From NCBI RefSeq assembly GCF_009914755.1, contig NC_060927.1: a DNA stretch of 64,000 nucleotides; one strand, 5' to 3'. Shown one piece after another: positions 29,259 to 43,983 of the stretch (positions within the stretch are counted from its first letter, which is position 1; each line of letters starts with the position of its first letter). Position numbers and translations under genes: made by a program. The notes beneath the pieces were generated by a model that saw only the letters and a program-made list of their open reading frames with translations, did no database searches and had not been told where the DNA came from. The DNA is from the human T2T-CHM13v2.0 reference genome, Homo sapiens.

Positions 29259-30734
29259 TAAGATTATTCTTACATGAAAGCTTTACAAAGAAATTAAAAT
29301 AAACAAAATTGTATACTTATATTTTTCATGAATAAGAGGAAAACATCAATAAATTATATTATTATTAGAAAACAATATAAAAATATATTAAAATGACACT
29401 ATATTATGATAAAGTTGTTTTTATTCTAGGAATGCAAGATTGTTTTAATATAATTCACCACACTAACAAAATTAATGAGAAGACAAAGCAACAAAAATAT
29501 GATGGTCCTTTCAATAGAAGCAGAAAGAGCATTTGTCACAATTTAATATCTATTTATAATAAAGACTCTCAAGAAATAGGAATAGAAGAGAATTTCCTAA
29601 ATTTGACGAAGGGCAAAACTATAGTTAATATAGACAATACCAAAATGGTGAACTCATCCCTCTAAGATTTGAAACTATATGCTCCACATCTATTATTTAA
29701 TATTGTGCTAACAATCCTAGAGAATGCAATAACAAAATCATCAAGAAAACGATAGATATAAATATTGAAAAGGAAGAAGCCAACTGTCCCCCATCATTCA
29801 CAGAAAATAGCTTATTTAACCCCCAAATTAAAAAATTGATAAATCTACCAAACTTTATAAGTGAAATTAGCAAGCTTGCATGACGTAGAAAATCAAGTGT
29901 ATATTTAGATACTAGCAAAATCTAAATTTTAAAATACATAAAACTGTTAGGGATAAATTTAGTTAAATATATCCAAGGACTGTACATGTAAAACTTTTAA
30001 ATATTTATATAAATTAAAAAATAACAAAATAAAAGGAAAGGTATACCATATTCATGGATTTAAAAGCAGTAATGTTAATATGAACATTCTCTTTACATTA
30101 ATCAATCATTTCAACACCTAATCAGCTTTTGTGAAAACTGAGAAGCTGATTCTAATCTTTATTTGGAAATGCAAAACTAAAATAGACATAACTGTTTTTT
30201 TTTCAAATCAAAAGTTTTGTTTGTGAAAACATAGTGTACTCCTTTAAACTCTCCAATTAAAAAAATACTGTGTAGACATACTATATAAGACACTCCAGTA
30301 CTGGCATAAGAATAGACATGAGACCATTTAGTGGGACAGAATAAAATGTACTCATTCATATCCACACGTATATGGTCAGTTGATTTTCAAGAAAGTAGCC
30401 TAAGTAATTTAGTAAGTAAAGAAGTGTCTTTTCTAAAGAATAGTGATGTAGTATCTGAATATTTATATGGGAAATAATGAACCTCAATGCCTACATTAAA
30501 AGTTCACAGATATGAATGTAAATATATTATGAATCAAAAGTAAAAAGCTAAAACCATAAAGCAAGAAGAAAACAGAAAAAAAAACCAGTCTTCACAAATG
30601 TTGGTGTAGGGAAATATTTATTTGATAAGATGGAAATAAATTAATAAGCTGAGATTCATTGAAATTCAACATTTTAAAAATCAAAGTAAGATATAAACTG
30701 GGAGAAAATATTGAAAATACATAGGATATGTATC

Positions 30735-30967
30735 TTTTTATATTTATTGTACTTTAAGTTTTAGGGTACATGTGCACAACGTACAGCTTAGTTACACATG
30801 TATACATGTGCCGTGTTGGTGTGCTGCACCCATTAACTCGTCATTTAACATCAGGTATATCTCCTAATGCTATCCCTCCCCGCTCACCCCACCCCACAAC
30901 AGGCCCCGGTGTGTGATGTTCCCCTTCCTGTGTCCATGTGTTCTCATTGTTCAATTTCCACCTATGA
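30735..30967 (-). mobile_element. L1PA 3'-end fragment (about 230 bp)
   Basis: actttaagttttagggtacatgtgcacaacg...ctcctaatgctatccctcccc...ttcaatttccacctatga. Confidence 0.93.
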
Positions 30968-31989
30968 ATATAAGAATTCTTACAAGTCAATGAGAGATAA
31001 ACCCAATAAAAATTGGCAAAAGACTTAAACATTTCAAAATAGAAAAAATACCAATGACCAGTAAGCATAAGAAAAGATGTTTCACATCTATATCCATCAG
31101 AGAGAAACAAAGCAAAAGCACAATGAGATGTCATTACAAAGCCAGAAGAACAGCTAAAATTGAAGATTGATTAGTTGCAAGTGATGCTGAAGATGTGAAA
31201 CAAGTGGGGCTCTGGTACATCACTGCTTTTGGGAGTATAAAATTCTCAACTAAGGAAAATAGTTGAACAGTTTCTTTAAAAAAAATAAGCATGTGCTTAT
31301 ATGTGTTCCTGCAATTCCTCTCACTTTTTACTCAAAATAAGAGAAAAAAAACATCTTCTACAACAAGACAAAAGTCTTCCAGAAAAATATTCGTAGAATG
31401 CTAGTCATAATATCCCCAAAAGGAAACAACGTATGAGTGAATGGATAAACAAGTAGTGGTACAATCATCCATAGGAAATAGCACTTAGCAGTGAATAACA
31501 AATAAACTACTTTACACATACAACACAGATGAATTGCAATTCTATTATGCTGAGCAAAAGAAGCGAGACACAAGATTATATAGGCTATGATACCATGAAT
31601 ATAAAGCTCTAGAAAAGGTAAAACTAATCTATAATAAAAATAGAATCAGTGATTGACTGGACATGGGGAGTAAGATGGCTGTTTGCAAAGAGGTGGGGGG
31701 GGACTTTATTCTGAGGCAATGGAATTATGCTTTATCTTTATGGAGTTGTACATATTGGTAAAAATTTACTGATCTTTATGTCTATTGTGTATATTTTTAC
31801 AGTATGTACATTATATTTCAATGAAGATTATAAATAGTAGACATAGATTTACTAATTAAGAAGAATTTATTAAAACATTTCGTGAATCATGAACTTGAAA
31901 ACTCATTTTCCTAAATGATAATTACAGCTCCAATTCTACTTTTACTTCCTTAATAAGACATTTTGAAGTTCTGAGGAAGTAGAGACTAG

Positions 31990-32225
31990 AAGAGTTTCTC
32001 AACCTTGGCATTATTTACATTTTGGAATGAATAATTATATCATTGTGGAATGCCGCCGTGTGCATTACAGGGTGTTTAGCAGCATGCTGGGCCTTTACCT
32101 TGCTGGTATCATCTGTTTCCCTAGTACTGACACTCAAAAAGGGCTCCAGACATTGTTAAATGTCATTGGTGGGTAGAAAGAAAGGGGCCTAGGAGGAAAG
32201 TCTTTGCCCTTGGAAATTACAGATT
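31990..32225. mobile_element. MER20 (hAT-Charlie) relic
   Basis: tttctcaaccttggcattatttacattttgga...gtttagcagcat...ctccagacattg. Confidence 0.8.
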
Positions 32226-33166
32226 TGGGACATCAAGTCTGTGGTCAGAAAGATGTGGATAGATTTCCAGACCTAACAGTTATCAACTTTGTTTCCACTG
32301 CCGTTCACTTAATTATTCAAAGCTTCTATATTAATTCGCATGTATACTTTGAAAGTAGATAACGAACATCAGGATATTAACATTATGCTTGACATCAAAT
32401 CAACCCTTAACACAAATATATAATGTTATTATCTCTGTTCAACTGTGCAAATATCGTCTGCAAATAAAATTACTAAAATAACATCTTGTTATTGCCACAC
32501 TACTTTACAGTTTAACTCTTTATAGCTTATGATCTCCATGACATATATGTATTATTATTATTAAAATGTCAATTTTTATTTATTTCCCATTATAAGGTTA
32601 ATATTAAATAACCTTATTAATTAATTAATAATTAAATAATTAAGTATTAAATAATCCTATTAAGTGTCAAAGATTTTCTTCTTTGGTCTGTTATATGGGT
32701 GCCATAAACAAGGCATTTAACACATCTGATTCTTTGTGTTCTCCATTGTGAAATGAGAAAATATAAATTCCTCAATGATTGCAACATGCAAAAAAATGAA
32801 GTCCTTTGAAAAGTTTAGGTTTCAATAATTTCAAAAATCATCCTTAAATCCTTAAATGATTTACAGTTCCTAGAATTTAAAGAAAGAATTAAAAACATAT
32901 ATAAATGATGTAATATGGATAAAGTCTTGAGGGAGAGAGCAGAATGAGATATAAGTAATTCTAATACACCTCTAAAAATAAGCTGATCGTTCTTTCCTTG
33001 AGCAGAAATTTATGCTGATGTTGAGAAGGAATAAAATATTTTACAGCTACGGGTAATATAATAACCCACATATCTTGAAAAGGCAATATAATATTTTTTA
33101 CTCATACTATCTTTTACCAGCTCTCATTCAATCATTAGCCAAATATTTGTTAAATATGATACATAC

Positions 33167-33290
33167 CCATCATAGTACTTCAATGAATATCAAATCAAAA
33201 CCACAGGTTCTGTTTCAAGAACGTAGTTTAGTATGGTTGAGGAAGAACAGCTTACAATGAAAGAGGAAATAGACAAGTTACAGTCAACTT
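33167..33290 (-). other. Candidate cryptic/poison cassette exon in BCHE intron 2 (124 bp)
   Basis: Acceptor cttcttgttcactctcacag|AAGTTGA and donor ATGATGG|GTATGT. Joined to exon 2 it reads GGA AGT TGA. Confidence 0.5.
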
Positions 33291-34696
33291 CTGTGAGAGT
33301 GAACAAGAAGTCTGAAGCAATTGCAACTCTAGGAATTAAAGAAATGTTGCATGAGATGTGTAGTAGATTAAGACCTTAAAAAAGTAGGACTTTGTCATTA
33401 AAGAGGAAAGAGGTAGGTGTTCTAAACAGGGCACATTGAGAGAAGAAAGTTCTAAGGTGCAGTTAAACTCAGAATCTTTGGTATTAGTGAGATAACTGGC
33501 TTACCCAGAACCTGGTGTTACTGAGTAATGTGAGTTGCAGCAAGATTACAGAGGCCTTTTAATGCTAGGTGGAAGAATTATAACTTTATCCACAGTGAAT
33601 AAGTATTAAACCATTTTGAAAAGAATTGTACAACTGATATTGTAGAAACATACATACAGTAACATGAAATACAAAGAATTCCAAATGGAGGGTGGAAAAG
33701 AACACCAGAAAGCAATAATGTAACTATCGGCATTTTGTTTAGTTATAAAAGATAGTGTGATAGACTGAATTACTGAATCAATCAACTTATGATTTATGTA
33801 AACATTTCTTGTATAAGTAAATTTCTAAATTTCTATTTTTTTTAAATTATTCACATTGGTGCAATTTACTCCCATGTATAAAATGTGGTTTTGGTTTACA
33901 AATGTAGTGGGAGAAAAAAAAACTACTTTATTTTCTATAGATACACATACATATTTAGAAAATATATTCTAAATGGTTATTTTTTCTGACTCTTTTGGAC
34001 ATACTATCACAATACTTATAATATATGGGGGAAATATGTTTTTTGTAATGTCTCTGATTATCTAATGTCAGCCATAAGACTGCTCAGGTGGAGAACGGCT
34101 TAGCTAAACCCTCATGGCCCCAGTCAAACACAGGCTGCCTCAAATCTGATCAGGCCTATTAGGAAAAAAAGAAAAACCAAACAATACAATGGCAAATGTA
34201 TATTTTGGGTAAACTGAGGGCCAACTGCATCACCATCATGTCCCTTCAATTTCCTAAGCAGAGATACATTACTTCATGTATCAGGTATCATGGTACCAAG
34301 CTGAAGAGCTTGGGAAGAAATAGTCCTACTCTGACGTAAATCTGTGAACATTGTAAACTTGCAGGTTAAAAAGTATTCTCACATTAATTTTAGTTCTCCA
34401 ACTAAGCATCTTTTTCTATAAAAACTTTGGCTAACATTGTTGAAATACTTTGAAATATTTTGGAGATGAAATCAGAAGATATTTTTTATAAAATTTCTAA
34501 GATGATGATTTAAACACTCTGACACAGGGAGTTGAAATGCAGTTCATAAGAAAAAATAAAACCAGCTTTGGTACAAATAGAACAAATAATTAAAACATTT
34601 CTGTGTCTTTATACTAAAGTCTACCCCAGAGACCAAGCAAAGCTAAGCAAAACGGATCAAACCAAGCCAGAGAACAATGACAAAAATCAGCACTTA

Positions 34697-36247
<1,551 letters not shown>

Positions 36248-37477
36248 TTATAAGCCTTCTGCATATAGCATATTATACTTTATTGATGATAATTACCTAA
36301 AATATAGTCGTTAGTAATTCTACAAATTATGAAAACAAATAAACCTGCTTCTGTAAAGGCCTACATAGGAAAAAATAGAAAACAGAGATATTTTAGTTTT
36401 CAATTTAGAAAAAAAAATAGTGGAATGGAAAATAAAAAATATTCATTTTAGGGATATTTATTGTCAAATCTTTGTAAGGAAGAGCTAGTATTTTAAATAG
36501 AATGTTTGTCCTAGCCAAATTTAATGTTACTTCTGACTATATGTACAGCTCCACCAAAAAAGCAGTAAACAGTAGTCTACCTACATCAGATATAATTTCT
36601 GCCTTGGTAAGAGGAGAAAATACAAGTTCATATATTCTCTGAAATATCATGACTGGCTGGTTCTTGGCAGAATTGTTAAGTAGGTTAAGAACTTTTAAGG
36701 ATCAATAGATTGTCATTATTGTCCTTTTCTGTTTTCCTTGTCTTTTCTGTGGTCCCTTTTGCCAAGTGACATCTTCCTCTATACAATCCTATTATACAAA
36801 CTGAAGAGAATTTAGACAATTTATTCACAGAATATTAAGTAACAAATATATGGTAGTCACCATTTATTCTACAAATTGTAAAAACTAACAAACATGCTAC
36901 CACTAGTAAGGGCTATGGAAAAAATAAAGAGCGAAGGCTGAGGATATATTCCAGGTAATTTCTCCAAAATTTAATAAACATGAGGGACTCTTTACCAGAT
37001 TTATAATGTCAATAGAGAGAACCAGGGGCTAGCATTATAATGTCTGGGAGAAGATTGTGGCTTAAGAGGAATTTTATACTCAGTATTACTCAATATGTAT
37101 TCATATTTGTTATAGCAATTTGTTAACAGATTAAAGTATATGCAACTAGTGAAGCTAAATGTGTTAGCACAGTCAGAATTATTTGCATTTTTTATAATGA
37201 AAAAAATGACTGAAATTAGAGGATCAAAGCTTAGAAACTATTGGGCCACATGGCAGAAGCAAAAATAATCTTTGTGACCTACAAAATCATAAGTATTTGA
37301 CATTTATGAAATAATATTTAATGGATGACATAGACTATTAGAAGAGATCTAAGTTTTATCAGAAATTCATAATGCAGATGTGAGTTTCTTTTCAATAAAA
37401 AAGAAATTAAAAATCAGATTTGGAAACTCTGTGACAAAGAGGGACAGCAAAATGTGATGCAAATATCATTTAAATGA

Positions 37478-37772
<295 letters not shown>

Positions 37773-38445
37773 ATAAAAGAACTAATGTGTTTATATAACT
37801 AAAATAGTCAATTACAAATACTGATTCTCATTCACATAATAATAACAAAGATCCATTAATGTACAAAGCCTTCCCTTTATTTTTTCTCATGCTGTAATTA
37901 GGTTGCTGAAATCCAACCTACACAACCAATAAACGAATCCTACAAATACTAAGCATTTGTATTAGTTTTGTCTTTGTTTATTTAATTTAGATTTTCTCAA
38001 AGAAAGAGAATAAATAACTATTCTAATGCCTATGTCCCAGACGTAGGGTATCATATTTCAAATCAGCCTAATTCACCAATGGTCATAGGATATCTAGTGA
38101 CCTACAAGTATTTTTTATCCCAATAAATATCTCAATTTATTAATCCATGGTCTGGAGCATTTGGTTCAGGGCTTGATACTTAATAGATATATCTATTTCT
38201 ATATCTAATTCTAACAATATTCATATGTATATGCATATATATTTACATATAAAATGACTGCTATAATAATAAGGTTTTAAAAAAATCAAGCCACAAGATT
38301 ATTATTTTTTCAGTTCTGTTTGGTACAATTAGATGTGTGCTAAGATCAATAAAACATAATTAAAATATATTTTTAGCAGCATTTCTACATTCATGATATT
38401 TAGGTACTATTATATATAATTTAGGTACTATTATATAATGTATCC

Positions 38446-38761
38446 TTGTCATATGCCATTTATTGACAGGGATACATTCTAAGAAATGCATTGTTAGGCG
38501 ATCTAATCATTGTGCACACATTATAAGTGTACTCACGCAAACTTAGATGCCATAGCCTACCACACCTTTAGGCTATATGGTATAGGCTGTTGCATCTAGG
38601 CTACAAATCTGTATAACATGTTCCTGAATACTGTAGGCAATTGTTAGAAAATGGTAACTGTATGTGTATGTAAACAGAGAAAAGGTACAGTGAAAATACT
38701 ATATTATAATTGTATAAGACCACCATTATTGATTGAAGCATCATTATGTATTGTATGACTG
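38446..38761 (-). mobile_element. Tigger3a (TcMar-Tigger) DNA transposon relic
   Basis: gggatacattctaagaaatgcattgttaggcgat...taggctatatggtataggctgttg...aaaggtacagtgaaaata...atgactg followed by TA. Confidence 0.85.
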
Positions 38762-39959
38762 TATCATAAATCACAGTAAATAAATAAGTAAAATATAACA
38801 ATGACTTAAAGTTTCCTGTTACCTGACACTAATAACATTTCAGACATAATCAAAGTTTTAGAGGCACTCTACTGCTTCAGTTCTTTTTTCTTTCTGATAA
38901 CCGCTAATCCTTTTCTCTTTAATAAATGCAGGAGAGCATCTGGAGAAAAACAAAGTGCTAGTATGATTTTTTTATTTTCTGTTTTGAAAACATCCTCTGG
39001 GAAGAAAAAGTGAATAAGGTGCAAAGCTGATTGGGCGGTTCGTTCTAAGCTGCAATTTAATAAATTAATTGCATCATCCCTGGTTGTACCCATTCTCCCT
39101 CTTGCCTAGCTCAGTCAATGTTCTTCTAAGTCTAATGCAAAAGCCATCTATTTTTTCCTTGATTTTATTTGAATATTAGTTTGTCTTTAGAAACCAAACA
39201 CCAAATTGAAATAAATTTTGGTCTCTGATAGTTTTCAAACTTGTTCTACAAACAGTTTATATTATTGCAAAGCAAGTACTATAGTTGCTACAAAACTGTA
39301 TTTGTGTTTTGTGTAATTATGAAATGTGATGTTTCATTGTTTATGTTAAACAGTTGCTATAACATCTAAATGGTTGTAATATCTTCCCATGTCACTTGAT
39401 TTAATACAAAATTTATTATATGTTGATATTTATATTTTATGCTGAGTAGGTCTTGTTATATAATAATATGGTATGAATTAAAATCTTTAATTTTTCGATA
39501 ATGATATCTGAGTTATCAACTTGCAAATAATGTAATTGGTAACAATCAAAGCAATTCTTGTAAGCATGCATTCATTGCAAAAATGACAATATAATGCTAA
39601 CTCATATGTATTGTTGCAGAGTGTCATATGACATATTATTTAATGTGTACTTTAATATAAAAATATGCAGATGTTCATATACTGTTAGTGTATTGTAGGC
39701 TAATGTTTTTATATTTAATTGCAGTACTTTATTTTTTAAATAAGCATCACTTTGCTCTTTTTATAATCTGGTATTATCTATTCTAACATGCTACTCTGTA
39801 GTTTTGCCATTAAAAGACTTTAAAAATTTTGATATGTTTATCATGTAATTGAGCAATCGAAAGAGAAATAAATGAAAATAGAATAAAAATATTGAGTCGA
39901 TATCTCAAAATTTTTATTAATGATTAGGATATTCAACAAAACATTATCGTTTTTCTTTT

Positions 39960-40021
39960 TTTTAATTTTATTATTATTATACTTTAAGTTTTAGGGTACA
40001 TGTGCACAACGTGCAGGTTTG
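39960..40021 (-). mobile_element. Extremely 5'-truncated L1PA insertion (about 60 bp) with 14-bp TSD
   Basis: ttattattatactttaagttttagggtacatgtgcacaacgtgcaggtttg flanked by atcgtttttctttt at 39946-39959 and 40022-40035. Confidence 0.9.
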
Positions 40022-40199
40022 ATCGTTTTTCTTTTAATAAATTCTGGTGCAATTGGATACTGTCTCACATGATTCTGAGAGAACATAGTAGCATAAACAT
40101 TATCATAAAAATGGGGCACATTTTCACAAATACAGCTGTGTATCTGAATTTAGATCAATTTGCTTATCAAAATAGTATTTAATATTGGAAATAAAGACA

Positions 40200-40296
40200 G
40201 GAGTTTTTGTTTGGAATTCAGACAATTCTAGTTTTTGAGGAATTGAGTTTTTGAGGAATTTGAGTTTTTGAGGAACTGAGTTTTTGTTTGGAATTA
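40200..40296 (+). repeat. Minisatellite-like array (gagtttttgaggaatt, 16-17 bp unit)
   Basis: Three agtttttgaggaa units bracketed by two gagtttttgtttggaatt copies. Confidence 0.8.
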
Positions 40297-42490
40297 AGAA
40301 AATTTACTGGCAATTTTTGAAAATGCTAAACTGTTATAACAATAACTTTCATATAAAAAAGGTGACAAATCTTTTTTTTTGTATTTTTAATTCAATTTTG
40401 AAAGTACTATTAATATTCCCTAGCTGATTTTAACAAAAAATACTAAATGTTATACTATAAGATGTGAGTGTGATAAAATAATTTGTATAAAGAGCTATTT
40501 TTTGGGATACTTGAATATCAACCAGATTTTCAAAATAAGGGACAAGCCAAGAATTTTTAAAAGATGTTCAAGCAAATATTCAAAATATTTTCCCTGTGTA
40601 TAATTTCCCTATCTTTTAAAAAGTTACAATTAAATAAATATTTATTTCTACTTGGAAATAAATCCTCTTAAAATGGTAGAGAAAGAGCCATCTAGATAAT
40701 ATTAATGTGATCTAGAACAAGCGCTCTTAAATGTATTTGAAGAAATTGGAACAACGACGTCTTTATATCAAACTTAAAAAGCTTGTTTTGTTGCAGACTA
40801 AGTGAAGTGGGGAATTGAGGAAGTCTGATTATAAATAGACTACATCACTGTCTTTCAGGGATTCTTCAGCTATGCTTTAGGCATGTATACATATAGAAGA
40901 CACTACATTAGATATAAGAAACTTAAGATGTTTTATCTGTCCTCAATTAGGAAGAACATTTGCAAACTTCATTGTTTGAATAATTTGAACATTTATTAGA
41001 GAGATTTCTTGAGTCTTCTCTGAAAATTAAATCTTCTCTTAGGTTGCTATCTTTTCAATTACAATTCTCTTAACATCTGGGACCGTCTAATTTTGGTAAG
41101 AATGAGCAGATGCTGGCAAGAAACCATCGAAATGAAGATAATATTCAATGTAAATATATATTATACTTATCAAGAAATGACTCGAAGAAGGAACCAAATT
41201 TATAGATAAGATGTGACTTGTTTAGCTATTAGTAGCTTATGTTTTATAGAAATGAAATATGGAATACATCCCAAACATATTTATACAATTAAAAAACTAG
41301 GACAATACAAACAAACAACAACAACAAAAAATTAGGAGAACAAAACAGAACTTTGATAACCCAATTAGAAATTTATTTGGCATCCAAAAGACTACTTTAT
41401 TTTATATCCAGAGAAAATTCTGAAGATTTTTATTCAAATGTTAAAGTCACACTTTAAAAGCTCACGCTTATCCTTAAACAAAGTAACTACTTATATAAGT
41501 AAACTGTCATTGTATTTATTGTAACTATGAGATAGTTTATATTAAGGAAGGCATTACACAGACTAGTGACAGGAGCTCCTAATTGAGTTTATTATCATGA
41601 AATATATTCATAAAAATGTAGAAGACATACTCATAAAATAAAAATATATAATAAATAGAAATCATAAACAATGAAATCACATTTCAGTTTACTTTTAGTC
41701 ATTCATAGATTTTATAATCCTTAATATTTAATTCCCTGGTTAAAGTGGAACTGATGTTATCAAAATAATAGTTTTACAAGATTATAGGATGAGCAGAAAG
41801 TACATTTGCTTACTATTTCTATAATAGTAAAATAATAGCAAATGTAAAATATTTTGCTACAATTTAAACAAACATATAAAAAGTGAACACAAAGGGCAAA
41901 GGGGACACGCTCATAACTCACTGTAAATCAAATTAGAAAACAGGTTTTGTTTTTATTTACATAAAATAAACAGACCTCTCATTTGCCAGTTGTTACTGTT
42001 AAAGTTTTAGGTGACAAAATGTTGATTGAGAAAAGTATTTTGTTCAGGAAAAAGTAAGTTAACTACTAACTTTATCCCATTTAAAAAGAAAAAAAAAGGA
42101 AGACTAATCAAAGATTACTTTTACAGAGAGATTCAATAAACAATGCATTTAAGGGTAAGCCAGTATGAAATGTTTTTTCTTAGGAAACTCACTAAGAATA
42201 TATATCACAGTGATTCCACACGTGCTGTGGTCCTTTATACAGAGTTGAATAAATTCATTATTTTCTCAGCAGTTAAATAAACAAAGTCTGCGTTCCCTGA
42301 ATAATAGGAAGATTTGATGCATGTGCCTGCTGGCTCACTTCCTCTGTCCCATTTGCAAGCTTCAGTAACTGTTCCCCACAGAGCACCAAAGGGACACAAC
42401 AAACACATGAAGAGATCACTCTCATCCCACAGAATGAGCTTTACAGTAACTTGGATCTCTACACGAAGGTGTAAATTCAGAGCAACTTAC

Positions 42491-42639
42491 CCGATTCTCT
42501 GCAACAAAGATGGTAAAGTTTGCAAGGAGTGAAAATCATGTAATACTTCGGGGAAATGCAGGATGCAGCTGCTGCTCCAGCCTGTAAATTGGACTGCACT
42601 GACATTCAGTGTTACTGAATGTAACAATCAACTGTTACT
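42491..42639 (-). other. BCHE: BCHE exon 1 (149 bp, 5'UTR)
   Basis: Minus strand AGTAACAGTTGATTG...GCAGAGAATCGG|GTAAGT matches the remembered BCHE mRNA 5' end; canonical donor at 42490-42489. The exact TSS comes from recall, not from the sequence. Confidence 0.92.
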
Positions 42640-42760
42640 GACAAAGCTCGCGAGAGTTGGCAGCAGCAACTTGAAATCTGTTCAGAGGCTAATGGTATAA
42701 ATGCAATAGTGATTCATTTACAGAAGTATTACAGGATTCATGCTTTACAATTGCAGGTAG
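42640..42760 (-). promoter_or_regulatory. BCHE proximal promoter (TATA-less, CpG-poor)
   Basis: Directly upstream of exon 1. No TATAAA near -30. AP-1-like TGAATCA at 42710-42716 and TCTCGCGAGC at 42646-42655. Confidence 0.75.
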
Positions 42761-43983
42761 TCTTCTAAGAATGAAGAAAAAAAGCATAGAAGATTCTTTA
42801 ACTAAAATAATCTGAAATGTAACAGAAAATGCATGTTTCTTTTAACTCTAAACTTTAAAAAAAATTTTCCTTTTTTTAAGAATATACATATTTCCTATGC
42901 TTGTCTTAAGATTTAAAGATGTATACATCATTCTAAAGTAGTGCTATTATTGAAATCCATTATAGCTTCAATCTGTGCTAATTATATAGTTAGAGAAGAT
43001 AGTAAAATAGAAAATAAGAAACACAATGCTCTAGATATAAGCTATGCAAATCAAAAACTTAGTTCTATTAACTGAATGGATGTCTCTGATATGTATCTCC
43101 TTTCAACCCCCACACTTCAACACTTATTTAAGTCATACAAATTTCAGCATTGGTAATTTCCTATTCAGAAGACCCTGCAGGCAGTCATACATGATGAGAA
43201 GCCACAATTTTCTGGTCAAGACAGGAAAAATAAAATGAATAACCTTCACCAAACTCTATAAAAGAGACACATTTGTCAACTTGCAGTGCACATGCTCTGG
43301 AGAATATATTTATGTCTTTGGCGCTTATCTTTCTTGAAATGATGTTCAGGAAAATAATTTTTTAAAAAACCTTTGATGAACTCCTTAATCCCTATCTTCT
43401 CAATGCAATATATTCTTAATCTTCTGTAAGTGATAGCCTTCACTTTTGAATCTCTTACTTGTGGGCTTTCTATGGACTAAACAGAAGGCATGTATTAATA
43501 TTTGCAGGTGAGCACTTTTTTGCCTTTTAATAGAGTGTTAAATTTTCAAACAAGCAAATATAATTAGCATTTGTTGTAATTCTACCTTATGCCAGTCATT
43601 ATAATTGACAATTTATATTAAATATTTTATATTATTTCAGCAAATATGAGAGTTAATATTATTAACCACCTCATCAGATGAGAAAGCTAAGGTTTCTACA
43701 AATCAGAAGCTTACTATATTTCTTACCACTAGTAGCTGTTGGAAAACAGAATTTTAATCTGTATTATTCTGTTATTTTATGTCAACTGCTTCCAAGAGAA
43801 TAACCATTTTGGTCTTTTAAAATTATCTTTTCTGTGAAAATTGCTACTTAGGCAGTGTTAATTCAATGATAAATATCATGATCACAATAATTTATAATGT
43901 ATTTAGAATATAGTTTATGTAATAACAAGTTAGTTACACAAAAGGTACAGAATACATAATCTATCTGAAAAGGAGAAAAAGGA

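Larger units (their letters stand above)
28660..31830 (+). mobile_element. Old L1M (ORF2 3' part plus 3'UTR), decayed, with nested AluJ and L1PA fragment
   Basis: ORF2-like remnants (FILGMQDCFNIIHHTNKI, EIGIEENFLNLTKG), agaagctgattctaa, ttcatatccacacgtatatggtcagttgattttcaagaaag, and a 3'UTR with aaaggtaaaactaatctata. Confidence 0.85.

Noticed and set aside
40200-40296. Repeat array as CRISPR-like
   Set aside because: Mammalian DNA, no unique spacers of constant length and no cas genes; it is an ordinary minisatellite.
42219-42231. E-box CACGTG next to RUNX-like TGTGGT in intron 1
   Set aside because: Six-base motifs occur often by chance and the sequence gives no further support.
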